A DNA stretch of 63,990 nucleotides, counting the filler, from Trichomonas gallinae (taxonomy: Eukaryota), in assembly GCA_008369845.1 (NCBI GenBank). It is 5 parts of 5 records of this genome, joined end to end, with 100 filler letters (N's around TTAATTAATTAA, not from the genome) between each part and the next. Parts side by side here need not be neighbours in the genome. Positions count along the whole stretch, not along the records: positions 27,947 to 47,502 come from MRSU01000349.1; 4 more parts are not named here. One strand, written 5' to 3'. Within the stretch, counting starts at the first letter, position 1. Every line of letters starts with the position of its first letter. The notes under the pieces were generated by a model. The model saw only the letters and a program-made list of their open reading frames with translations, made no database searches and was not told the origin of the DNA. Both the position numbers and the translations under genes were made by a program. Below are positions 31,180 to 41,444 of this stretch, piece by piece.

Positions 31180-32475
31180 TTATTTCAAATTATCTTTTTT
31201 TTTTTGGAAGGCATCGATAAAAGCATTGTATTGAGCTGGATCTGGCCATTTCTCATTTGCAGCATAATAAGCAGCGACTTCAAAAGCTTTTGCAAAACGT
31301 TCTGCATTGCAATAATAATTTGAAAAGTGTTGAAAACCTTTTGTCATAAACCAAATGATTTTCATTCCAATTGAGATTGCAGGCAAATATACTGAATAAT
31401 CCCATACTTCTGTGTTCACATATACAACTACCGATTTAGGACTCATGAAAATAACATGATGACTATTACTGCCGCATACATTGCCAAACACTTTCACGCT
31501 TGCATGTAGTTTGGCTGATTCAATGAAATCATTCAATTTTTCATCAATAACTTGCCAATCTATATGGGGAACTCTTGTTCTTAATGCTGTCATGCATTGA
31601 TCTAAGTTTAGAATCTTTCTGGTTTTAGCTGTTCTCTTCATAAAACCATATATAGTGGGTTCGATCGCTGTTAAATTCAATTTTTCTCTAATTGTAATAC
31701 TTAGCTTATAAGGTAACGTACCAAAATGGACAACATGCGGCATTGGATGTGTAGCCGATATGAGGCTATCGCAGTGAACCCATTCTTCTTTATTGAGATA
31801 AATAATATTATCAGTCAGACCCAATAAAGCAAAAAATTGTTTCACGTAAGAAGCAGGCGTAACATGAATAATTGTTGATGCTCTCAAGAACTGTTTCGGC
31901 AAAGCCATGAGAGGGAACAGACAATCAGCAATGAAATGACCGTAACTGTTATGTCCATGATGAAGCGAAACACCAGTCATAACATGCTTGACTACTGGGC
32001 CTGACCATGATTCATAAATCCATCCAGGCCCAGTTGCATTTCCTGATATTATCAGATTAGTTCCATCAGAAACTATTGCGTGACTTCCAACGTAAACATC
32101 CCGAAAAACTGTATATATGCAATCGATCTCGTTAGACCAACGTACGAATCTATCTTGACCGAATCTAGGATGTTCAAAAGTGTAGCCATTTCCGCGAACA
32201 GTAAAATGACCGGGTAGAACTAAATATTTTGCATCATCTTTAATGAAAAAAGCAAATTTGGATCTTGGCGGATTGAACTTATCGTTGATATGCATATATC
32301 CGATTGTATGCTGGGTATTTGCCTTGATTACGCTACCTTTTTGAACAAATTCCAAAATTTTGCTGCCGGTGTAGATATCAACCTGATTTCCAATGTCATA
32401 ATCTAACATTAAGTTATAAAGCAAGAACACAGGGAAAATCATTATGATTATGGCTGAGAAAGCTTGATAGAGCAT
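31180..32475 (-). CDS. Glycosyltransferase family 61 (DUF563)-like type II membrane protein
   Basis: N-terminal TM anchor; NSYGHFIADCL, KRTAKTRKILN and GNVCGSNSHHVIFMSPKSVVV match GT61 patterns (YxHw..d, R...R.i.N, G.hGa.l.n..Fm.p...v). Confidence 0.7.
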   Translation of the reverse strand: MLYQAFSAIIIMIFPVFLLYNLMLDYDIGNQVDIYTGSKILEFVQKGSVIKANTQHTIGYMHINDKFNPPRSKFAFFIKDDAKYLVLPGHFTVRGNGYTFEHPRFGQDRFVRWSNEIDCIYTVFRDVYVGSHAIVSDGTNLIISGNATGPGWIYESWSGPVVKHVMTGVSLHHGHNSYGHFIADCLFPLMALPKQFLRASTIIHVTPASYVKQFFALLGLTDNIIYLNKEEWVHCDSLISATHPMPHVVHFGTLPYKLSITIREKLNLTAIEPTIYGFMKRTAKTRKILNLDQCMTALRTRVPHIDWQVIDEKLNDFIESAKLHASVKVFGNVCGSNSHHVIFMSPKSVVVYVNTEVWDYSVYLPAISIGMKIIWFMTKGFQHFSNYYCNAERFAKAFEVAAYYAANEKWPDPAQYNAFIDAFQKKKDNLK

Positions 32476-33091
32476 TAAAAAGCATTTAATAAATTACGGG
32501 CGCGACACAAGCATTTATATTTCAGAATATGATGGAATATGCAAACATCAGAATGTGGAATACAATGGAAAATGCGACTTAGTAGTAAACTTCAGAATTT
32601 TTAACGTCATTTTTTAAAAAATTGCTATATTTATGGATGACTCAAATACGAAGGGTCTGGTTAGATTTATTGATAGCGTTCGTACTATACAATAGGGCAT
32701 ATGAGAGAAACATTCGGCAAGAATCTATTCTGGGTTTGAATTCAAAATCTTAGGTTTTTTTATGCATCTGTTGTTTTCTTGCTAAGATCATCTTTACTAT
32801 AATATACATCATATGATCTGATTATTAATACTTTTGAATCAAATGAAAAATTGTTTAGGAGAAAGTTGATCAAAGAAGTTGGCTTCTGGATTATCTACTT
32901 ATAATGTACATAAGTCAGAAATCAGGTAGAATCAACCACTTTTCGTGCAATTTTGCAGTTTGAGAATTGTGATGAGTGAGAAGATCAATAAATTGCCTTG
33001 TGAGTTTAGAGTAAATATTATATAGATAAAAAAAAGTATAGTTTGAAGTAAACTAATAACATAACATTTATAATATATATAATAATATTCT

Positions 33092-36000
33092 CTAATTAGC
33101 ATCATTGTAGAGGAATGACTTGTGAAGTGATGCGCACAATGTGCACATTTGTTTTGCGTTTTCGCACATGCATCTGTTGCAGTAAAATCTGTTGCATCTT
33201 GAGCATCTCTGTGTTGCTTGTCCCTCGCATGTTGCGCAGTGGTAGAAAATGGATGATTCCTGGGCTGGTCCTCCAAGATTTACAGCGTTCCAAACAAAAG
33301 CAACTTTGTCTTTATCGATGGAAACAAACTCGCAAAGGGAAGGATGGAAAACGATTCTATCAACTGGAGCGGTGTGTTCGCTGGGCAATTTCTTCGTGTC
33401 AATGCGCATCTCATCTGCTCTTGGCGATAAAAGATAGACATGGCCTGACTGGCATCCGACAATACAAGTTCTGTCTCTGTCTGCTGGGTGAAGCTGCAAT
33501 GGACACAAAACAGTGACATGCTCTTCGAATGGAACTTTACACATCAAAACTCCGTTGATTGAATAGTAGAAGCACTGATGTTCTGTGGCGACATATATGC
33601 CGCCATTTTCTTCGTCAATGCCAATGCCTTCGATCTTCTCGTTGAATGTCATGTCGCAGTGAATTGAAGCTGAGAAGATTTCCCAGATGAAAACGTGGTT
33701 TTCTGTCGCTGTCGCAACAATCCAGTCGACACCTGATATGCATGAAGTCGGCCTTCCACCCCAGCTAAACTCAGTGATCATCTGCACAGAGCTTGGTGTG
33801 CCCTCTGTATACAAGATTCTGTATGTTCTTGATAAACCGAATTCGAAATCGACAACTAAAAACATTCCGTTGACAGAAAGTGACAAACCGCAGGCAAAAA
33901 CTAAGAATGGATCAACTGTTGAACAGAAGATCTCACCTGTCTGCTTGTTAAGGCATTGAAGAACTAAAGAACGCTTGTCGATTTTCACGAAATTCGGTTT
34001 AGCAGCTTCGAGACGTGCAGACAAATATCTGATTTTTCTGATTGTGTTTCTTTCGAATAAAAGTGTCTGATAACTCTTTGGCTTGATGTTGATTTCCTGG
34101 CAAACGTGAAAGAGCTCCAAATCAGCAATGTTCGAGTGGTTCTGAGAAACTCTTTCAGTGTCTTCAACATATTCGTTATAAGAGTTTCTCCTGCTTGGAG
34201 CAATGTTGAAAAGTTTCGTTATCCATGTCATAATCGACTGATTTGATTTCTCTTCTTCTATCGCATCTCTAAGTGTCTGGCAATAAGCAGCAGGAGCAGT
34301 GTCTCCTATTTTTACTTTGCTGCCGAGTCCATTCAAGTCTTCGTAAAGCTCAGGAACATAAAAAAGTGTTGCTGGAACTTCGTAATTTGATTCAACAGGT
34401 GGATCATTTTTGTTCTTGTATAGATATGTAAATGGCAATAATCTGTGCAGGCTTTCAATTGTTGATTGATTGTTTGGTGCTGCATTACTATCTATGATGC
34501 TCATCCTTCTTCTTCTGCCTGTTTGCTTTGTCAATCGTGGGAAATAAGGATAATTGTTCAGGTCGACAAAAGATCTGCCTGCGAGACCATTAATAACAAG
34601 CAAGAACTGATCGGTCGACAAAAATGAAGAGTTCCATTGAACATATGCGCGCTTGCTGTTTCCTGTCTTGAACAGGAACTGATAACCGCTGAGTTGTTTG
34701 AAAGCTTTCTCGCTATATCTTTCTAGCATTGGAAGAACCTTTGCGAGGTTGCTGTATTTCATGTGGATGATAAAGTTTCCGTTTTGGAATGTCCACATCT
34801 CTATCTCTTTGTTCGTGTGCTGCCTTGCGTAGATCATCTGCTCCATGGGAACAATGATCAAAATGTGGGACCCGAAAAGTGATGTATATCCCCAATGACC
34901 CAAAAACACTGACTCCAAGAAAACATGGAGTTCTTTGTCGTCTAATCTAGAAATTAGCTGAATCTCTTCGCGCTGATTGAGTTGTGCGTATGTTAAAAAC
35001 ATAATCGCGGAGTGGAATACGAACATCACGGATTTAATTGTCATTCCATATCTTACCAGTTTGCAGCTGAGTGTTCCAATTATGTCTCCATATCTAGGCT
35101 TCTGCACTTTGATGAAAATCTCTTTGAGAGAAACATCTTCACTGTAAGTCTTCTTGTAGAGCTCTTTGTTGTTCTGCATGAATAAATCAATGATAGGAGA
35201 CTTAAACTCTCTGTATGGAACATTTAAGTCGATAACATTGAAAGGAGAAGGAGAAACAAGGCGGGGAGGTGCATAAGGGAAGGCGCGTGGACATAAATGA
35301 TAACTCTTTGGATCGAAATTACTAACATAAGCAGAATTAACTCTTATGTCGATTATAAACTGTCTCCAGTGCATGTAGTCTTCGCTGAGTTTGAATGTTG
35401 TGTCTAATCTCATCAGTTCTTTCGAGAATAAGTGTGCAGTTAAGTATTGCCTGCAGTCGCTTTCGTACTTGAATTTGTTTTGTCTGCGAGAAAGTGACAT
35501 GAAATCGCTCATGAAAGTACCTCTCAAAGAAGCAATTTCTGCACTCGTTGAGCTGCAATCGTCAGCGAAATGTTTTGCTGTGGAAATCCATTCAGCGAGG
35601 ACAACATCATATAAAGTTCTGTTCAATTCGAATGTTTTTGTTCTCAGCATTTGAATGATTTGCTTGTCTTTATTATCTGGTCTTGCGTATTCAAGAAACC
35701 CATCAAGCAAAAGCCCGAATGTTGGTGGATCAACGGACGACAACAAAGAAAATGCATATTCCCATGTCTTCTGCATCCATTTTGCCGCTGCAATTTGTGA
35801 AATTAGTTTGATGTGGATAGTTAATGATTCGGTGAATTGCGCGTACATTGAACTTGGCGAGTAAATTAAGATATCTAGCAAAATAGCATTTAACACTGAT
35901 GCTGATTTCTGTATATCTCTCGAAGATTGTGCTCCGACATGTTCTAAAGCATCTAGAAACTGCTCAACGAATTTAGGAAGAGCGGAAAGGAAGATTTTCT

Positions 36001-39000
36001 GATTGATGAAATATTGAATATACTTAAGCATGATATTGAAAGGAAACTGCGGCGTGTAAAAGACAGAAAATCTGCTGAACATGATCTCGAATAAAACAGG
36101 AACAGTGTAAATAGCTCTTGATCTCGTATAGAATGGAAAAGCGAAGAAAACTGATTGGAAAATCGCTGACATCATGTTTGGATTGCTTGCTGTGAACATT
36201 GCATCAATAAACATCTTACTTAAAGGTGCAGTAACAAGCCATTTAGAAACTGCCTCGTGATTCACTTCATCTTGTGTTGTAAAGTCGAATCCACTGCTTC
36301 TCAAAATATTCGTCATCATTTCGACAGTGAAAATCGCTGGAGGAAGGAATGGAGGGCAAGGAGGTAATTTTAAGTTCTTGACGATCGAGTCTTTACCTGA
36401 CCAAGTTGGATCCAATGCTTCGGAAAGCTCGCTGATTTGTACTAAATCGTGTGGAAGATCGTCTGACTTTTCTATCATTGACCTCAGCAAAAAAGGATAA
36501 GAAATAACTAAAGGGAACCAGCTCGTTAATATGTTGACGCAGAGAGGTGACTCTATAACTGAAGTTATATTTTTTTGTAAAATAGCAATAAAGAAATTGT
36601 AAATATTGTCAAACTTTGCCAAATCCGAATTTTCAGAATTATAGGCTTTCGTGTGAGCTGTGCACAACGAATTCGCCCAAACCAAACACATCATTAATGG
36701 TAAAAATCTTGTATCTATTGGTCTGTCTATAACTAATTCTGATGATCCGCTCGCTAAAATTAAGACATTTTCCCATGTTTCATATCTATTGGACATCATC
36801 GCAATTCTGTGCACGAAAATATCATTGACTTCGACAAAATTGCGTCTTATTGACTCTAGCTTGACAGAAAACTGCAGTAATTTCAGAGAAAGCTCGTCTC
36901 CATTGACAATCATCAGCGAAAGAATCTTTTTGAATGAAAGATGATTTGTGATTTCATTAAATGTTTCTTGGCGTGCGAATTTCGATAAACACTCTAATAT
37001 TGTGAATTGTAGAGGACTCTCGTCTCTAGCTAATAGCAATTCCCATGTGATTTTCTCGGCATTTAAGACATGAGAAATTTTGAACATTGTTACGATGAAT
37101 TTGAGCATGTGAGGAAGAGCTTTGTAGTTCTCTAATATAGTATCGATGATTATTTGCGATTTTGGATTTGCTAAGATAACAGTTGCAAGGAATAACTCGA
37201 AATTCTCAATTGTATGCCAGTCTGTGTTCGAGAAATACTCAAATATAACAGGAACAAGAATCTCATTATCAACTAAAAGCCACATATCGTGATCAAATAA
37301 AATCGAACGCAAAAGCTTGTCTCTGTGATGATGTTCGGCGACAGAACTTAATGCTTTCAAGAACAACTCCTTTGTAGCGAACTTTTTGATCTTTTTTAAC
37401 GGCATTAAAATCTTTTTCCACAATTTTGATGAATTAAACATGATAAGGTCATTGATATTCAATAAAGTCTCAAACAGTGAATCGAACTGGAACTGTGTCT
37501 CAGCTTGGTAAAGAGTATTTACTAAGTTGCTGCTTTTTCGCATCGAAATAAAATGCATCGGAAAGCCAAAATAAGGAACAGCAACACAAGTAGGAGGAAT
37601 CGTGCATTTCTTTGACATGGATGTGTTAGGAATCGTTGAATATGGATTAGTGAAGAAATATGGAGTGAAAACTGTTTCTACTTTAAAAGCTTCAATTGGG
37701 TCAATGAAATCTGGTCCATTTTTCATCAGTTCTGGTATTTTCTCTGGCATATTCTTGAATATTCTAATTGCAGGGCCAATAAACATCAAATTCGAAGAAA
37801 TTGAACCGAAAGAAGCAAAAGCGAAGTCGCCTTTCTGCGGCTTTGGATTAGTGAAGACTTGTGTTCCTTGAACATGAACGCTTAAAGCTGATGAAAATAA
37901 ATAATCTTCTGTGCTTATGTAAATGAAGATCCACTTTGAAGTATCTATGTCCATTTGCTTTGACTTTCCTTCTGACTCTATTATTAGTTGATTTGTTAAA
38001 GCAGAAATCGAAAGATTATTCGTACTAAAGAATTCCGACTTTCTGTCGAATGCGTCATAGAATTTTACCCAAAATGAGATGCATTTGAACGACTTAGTGA
38101 TTTTTAACGTGTCTTGTCCCTGATAAAACTGAAATAACGGAAAATGATCGAATTCAGCGGAAGCATAAGGAAGTAAATCAAATGGCTTTTCAAGGAGATA
38201 TGGTATATATGTTGTGTGCAAGAATCTGTTGGCAACTTCCTTAATATACGGAAATTCAAAAATATTTTTCCCTTCTTTTAGATATCTACCGAGATAACAG
38301 TTACCAAGGATCCAAGCATTGTATGGGTCGAGATATTCCAGCTTAGGAATCTTCAAAATCAACGAATAAGTGCGAATTGGTCTGTGATTCGATTTATTCA
38401 TTCCAAAAACAATTGTTTCAAGATGATCCTGCGGCAGTGAAAACAGAGGATGCTCGGATTCTAAATTGCAAATGAAATCATCAACTTCATCATATCTTCT
38501 ATAAATAACTAAACTTCCTAGAATTGCTGCGTATAAATCTATAGAAATCAGGCCTGTTTTTAGGGACTTTTCGAACCAGTTTAAACCGTCTGCTTCTATG
38601 AAACTCATCGAGATATTTGGAATTTTAACCATAGCTGATTGTAGGATTGTTATAAGTGATACATTCTTCGTATCATAGGCTTCTGTTAACAATTGAGTAA
38701 TCACAGCTGTGCAAGGAGCAGCGTAAAGCAGAGAATTGCAAATCGGGAATAAAACTTCAGTGTAACTTACATATTTCGCAGTTTTTAATATGGCTTTGAA
38801 CACATCTGCGTGATATTTACATGCCTTAGGAAGCGAAAAAACTGAAATTAAAATAACGGAAAAAGGTTGATTAGTCGTAAGTAAGTCTGCGAGATTCTTT
38901 GTTGGAATATATTTAGCGAATGCATCTAAAAACTCTGTTTCTAGTAGATCTATGTAAGAAATAGAATTCGAATTAATTAAAGGCACAATTTTTCCTAAAA

Positions 39001-39946
39001 CTGATGCATAAATTTCTGTTTCATCTAATGGGAATAACGACAGATATTTGAAAATGGCACCAAGCAGTTCAAGAATTTTTGCTGGATATAATTTAAACGC
39101 GATTTCCAACAATTGTAGGCGAATATTTAGCGACGAATAGCTACTGTCCTTTAAATTGTTTAGTTCGTCAACTAATTTATCGTAAGCAAGTAAAACGTTC
39201 GAATCAAAGGTTTTCGAAATAATATCTTGATTTGATTGAGAACCGTAGAGTATAATCTTGTATATCATTTCTATACACAGAACCATGTTGGATTTCGGAA
39301 TTAAATCGGATGTTGCGACTGAGAAAAATGTTGTGAACAAGTTTGTTGGATCAATCTTTCCGAAAACGCCTTGTGGTGGTGCATCTATCAAAAATTCAAG
39401 CGCTGATGCAATTATTTCAGGGTTTATCTGTGAACACAAAATTTGTTGAAGAAAAGAAACGTAACCATCATGATTTCCGTAGTCAATAACGAATACTGGT
39501 AACGAAAAAATACCTTGAAATAGTTCCTTTCCGATTTTAATGATTTTATTTTGTTGCATTGAATATTTACAAGTTGAATTGATTAATTTTATCATTTTGG
39601 AAGCTCGCGGTGTGAATTTTGTGATCTTGAATGATATCGAAAGTATTCTAAGTGTCTGAACGAGTGTTGGTATTGATTGAGAAGCCATATCTGCGTAATC
39701 TACTATTTTCGGATAGGTATTTGGTATCACATGAGGTAGTATAGTCTCATTCTGTCCACCAACCAAGAAATTTTCGAATAATGATAGGAAATTCAGATAT
39801 AATCGAATTTTATCTTGCTGATTGTTAGATCTTTGGAACTCCCTTAGTGCTTGGGTGACATCTCTGAGCTCCTTGGAGTTGCTCAATTCCTTTTTCAGCC
39901 GATTCTCTGGTCTTGTTTCCTCAGCGGTACCCCAAGGATCAAACAT
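33092..39946 (-). CDS. BEACH-domain-like protein with WD40-like region and C-terminal Cys-rich zinc finger
   Basis: 2284 aa; LSTDQFLLVINGLAGRSFVDLNNYPYFP is the BEACH N-terminal signature; C-terminal beta-propeller-like repeats; CxxC...CxxC...CxxC...CxxC tail; ATG at 39946. Confidence 0.82.
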   Translation of the reverse strand: MFDPWGTAEETRPENRLKKELSNSKELRDVTQALREFQRSNNQQDKIRLYLNFLSLFENFLVGGQNETILPHVIPNTYPKIVDYADMASQSIPTLVQTLRILSISFKITKFTPRASKMIKLINSTCKYSMQQNKIIKIGKELFQGIFSLPVFVIDYGNHDGYVSFLQQILCSQINPEIIASALEFLIDAPPQGVFGKIDPTNLFTTFFSVATSDLIPKSNMVLCIEMIYKIILYGSQSNQDIISKTFDSNVLLAYDKLVDELNNLKDSSYSSLNIRLQLLEIAFKLYPAKILELLGAIFKYLSLFPLDETEIYASVLGKIVPLINSNSISYIDLLETEFLDAFAKYIPTKNLADLLTTNQPFSVILISVFSLPKACKYHADVFKAILKTAKYVSYTEVLFPICNSLLYAAPCTAVITQLLTEAYDTKNVSLITILQSAMVKIPNISMSFIEADGLNWFEKSLKTGLISIDLYAAILGSLVIYRRYDEVDDFICNLESEHPLFSLPQDHLETIVFGMNKSNHRPIRTYSLILKIPKLEYLDPYNAWILGNCYLGRYLKEGKNIFEFPYIKEVANRFLHTTYIPYLLEKPFDLLPYASAEFDHFPLFQFYQGQDTLKITKSFKCISFWVKFYDAFDRKSEFFSTNNLSISALTNQLIIESEGKSKQMDIDTSKWIFIYISTEDYLFSSALSVHVQGTQVFTNPKPQKGDFAFASFGSISSNLMFIGPAIRIFKNMPEKIPELMKNGPDFIDPIEAFKVETVFTPYFFTNPYSTIPNTSMSKKCTIPPTCVAVPYFGFPMHFISMRKSSNLVNTLYQAETQFQFDSLFETLLNINDLIMFNSSKLWKKILMPLKKIKKFATKELFLKALSSVAEHHHRDKLLRSILFDHDMWLLVDNEILVPVIFEYFSNTDWHTIENFELFLATVILANPKSQIIIDTILENYKALPHMLKFIVTMFKISHVLNAEKITWELLLARDESPLQFTILECLSKFARQETFNEITNHLSFKKILSLMIVNGDELSLKLLQFSVKLESIRRNFVEVNDIFVHRIAMMSNRYETWENVLILASGSSELVIDRPIDTRFLPLMMCLVWANSLCTAHTKAYNSENSDLAKFDNIYNFFIAILQKNITSVIESPLCVNILTSWFPLVISYPFLLRSMIEKSDDLPHDLVQISELSEALDPTWSGKDSIVKNLKLPPCPPFLPPAIFTVEMMTNILRSSGFDFTTQDEVNHEAVSKWLVTAPLSKMFIDAMFTASNPNMMSAIFQSVFFAFPFYTRSRAIYTVPVLFEIMFSRFSVFYTPQFPFNIMLKYIQYFINQKIFLSALPKFVEQFLDALEHVGAQSSRDIQKSASVLNAILLDILIYSPSSMYAQFTESLTIHIKLISQIAAAKWMQKTWEYAFSLLSSVDPPTFGLLLDGFLEYARPDNKDKQIIQMLRTKTFELNRTLYDVVLAEWISTAKHFADDCSSTSAEIASLRGTFMSDFMSLSRRQNKFKYESDCRQYLTAHLFSKELMRLDTTFKLSEDYMHWRQFIIDIRVNSAYVSNFDPKSYHLCPRAFPYAPPRLVSPSPFNVIDLNVPYREFKSPIIDLFMQNNKELYKKTYSEDVSLKEIFIKVQKPRYGDIIGTLSCKLVRYGMTIKSVMFVFHSAIMFLTYAQLNQREEIQLISRLDDKELHVFLESVFLGHWGYTSLFGSHILIIVPMEQMIYARQHTNKEIEMWTFQNGNFIIHMKYSNLAKVLPMLERYSEKAFKQLSGYQFLFKTGNSKRAYVQWNSSFLSTDQFLLVINGLAGRSFVDLNNYPYFPRLTKQTGRRRRMSIIDSNAAPNNQSTIESLHRLLPFTYLYKNKNDPPVESNYEVPATLFYVPELYEDLNGLGSKVKIGDTAPAAYCQTLRDAIEEEKSNQSIMTWITKLFNIAPSRRNSYNEYVEDTERVSQNHSNIADLELFHVCQEINIKPKSYQTLLFERNTIRKIRYLSARLEAAKPNFVKIDKRSLVLQCLNKQTGEIFCSTVDPFLVFACGLSLSVNGMFLVVDFEFGLSRTYRILYTEGTPSSVQMITEFSWGGRPTSCISGVDWIVATATENHVFIWEIFSASIHCDMTFNEKIEGIGIDEENGGIYVATEHQCFYYSINGVLMCKVPFEEHVTVLCPLQLHPADRDRTCIVGCQSGHVYLLSPRADEMRIDTKKLPSEHTAPVDRIVFHPSLCEFVSIDKDKVAFVWNAVNLGGPAQESSIFYHCATCEGQATQRCSRCNRFYCNRCMCENAKQMCTLCASLHKSFLYNDAN

Positions 39947-40158
39947 CACCCAAAAAATAGATTTCGTCTGTCAAAACATCTTCTCTTTAGCATATCAAAT
40001 TTATATTCAAACACAGAAAATAACGTTCAAAAATTATTTCGAAAATGCAATTCTCAAAATTTAGCTATATTTTATTAATAAATAATCATATTTTGACTTA
40101 TATAACATATTAATAAAAGTTAAATAATAGAATAGAGAAATAATTTTATTTTTGAAAA

Positions 40159-40365
40159 TTATAACAGTTTTTTCATATTTTTGTTAGTTCTGACGATTTT
40201 TTCATCTGTTTTATCCATTTTGGAATTGATTCTGTCAATCATAACATTTTGTTCTTTGAGTTCGATATTAATTTGCTCGGTAATGTGTTTAAGCTGCGAA
40301 GTCATGTTAACTAACGCATCAAGTTTATCGTCAATCTGCTGCTCTTTCATAGATACCCTAGACAT
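40159..40365 (-). CDS. Stand-alone Qc SNARE motif protein (SNAP-25 C-terminal-like), no TM domain
   Basis: 68 aa: EQQIDDKLDAL...QLKHITEQINIELKEQNVMIDRINSKMDKTDEKIVRTNKNMKKLL; zero-layer Q in KEQN; Inr-like TCATA just upstream. Confidence 0.8.
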   Translation of the reverse strand: MSRVSMKEQQIDDKLDALVNMTSQLKHITEQINIELKEQNVMIDRINSKMDKTDEKIVRTNKNMKKLL

Positions 40366-41444
40366 CTTATTTATGATTTTGACAAATCTTGAAAATTTTG
40401 ACAAAATCAAATTTTAATCGGACGGTTTTTGTCTTCATCACATAAGATCAACATAACGACTTATTTATTAGTTAAAATGAGTATGATTGAACTCGTATTT
40501 GAGAAATTAACTATTATAATAAACTAATACATTAATATAAGGCAGCGTTTGCCTATTTTTTCCCTAACTATATTAAAATCTGATATTGAAAATTCAATCT
40601 GACAAGTAAACAACGACGATAAAATGTCGTTAGTTAGATTTCACAACCATATTTAGCCCTTTCCTAATAGAAGTTATTTAACTAAATGGGATATTATAAT
40701 ATTATATTCAATACTTGATCTATGATGTAAGTCTGAAAGGAATAATCAGATACAAAGTTGGATTAAATGAATTTTAAAATTCTGAAACAAAATGTTTCCA
40801 ACAAAATTTTGACAAAATGTCATAAATTTACTTTATTAAACTGTTCTCAATAATAGTTTCGAATCATTTGTTTAATAGCCTCATATAAACTGATGCTATA
40901 TCAATATTATAATATAATAACATGAACAATAAAACCGAATTAATAAACTCAATAAGGTTATATTTTGAAAATAAAAAACGTTTCTATTCAAAATTATTGC
41001 TTTCATAAACTTTAAAAATATATAGTTCTATATATTCCTATTGCTTGCCAAGATAAAAATGATAAATAAATTAAAAAACTCTTTACAAATTCCATGGATA
41101 ATCGAATCGATAGGTTCTTCATCGAGTCTTTATGGCTTAAACAGTAAGACCAATATGATTGTCATGATTAAAATACTTCACGTGAATTATATTTTTGACA
41201 TGTAAACAACTCATCGGACAAAAACATCATCGAAGCACTTATTAGTGTCAATGCAATAATTTAAATAATTGCGCAAAAATAATTCACAGAAAATTGAGGG
41301 AAAAACGATTAAAATAAAAAATTGATAATGAGTTTACAGGCAAACCGTTTTTGCTTTCAATTTTACATACATGGAAATAGATGTGTTTTTATATGTCCAA
41401 CATGATGTAAATGAATTGAGTTTATTTAAAAAATATAAATCTTA

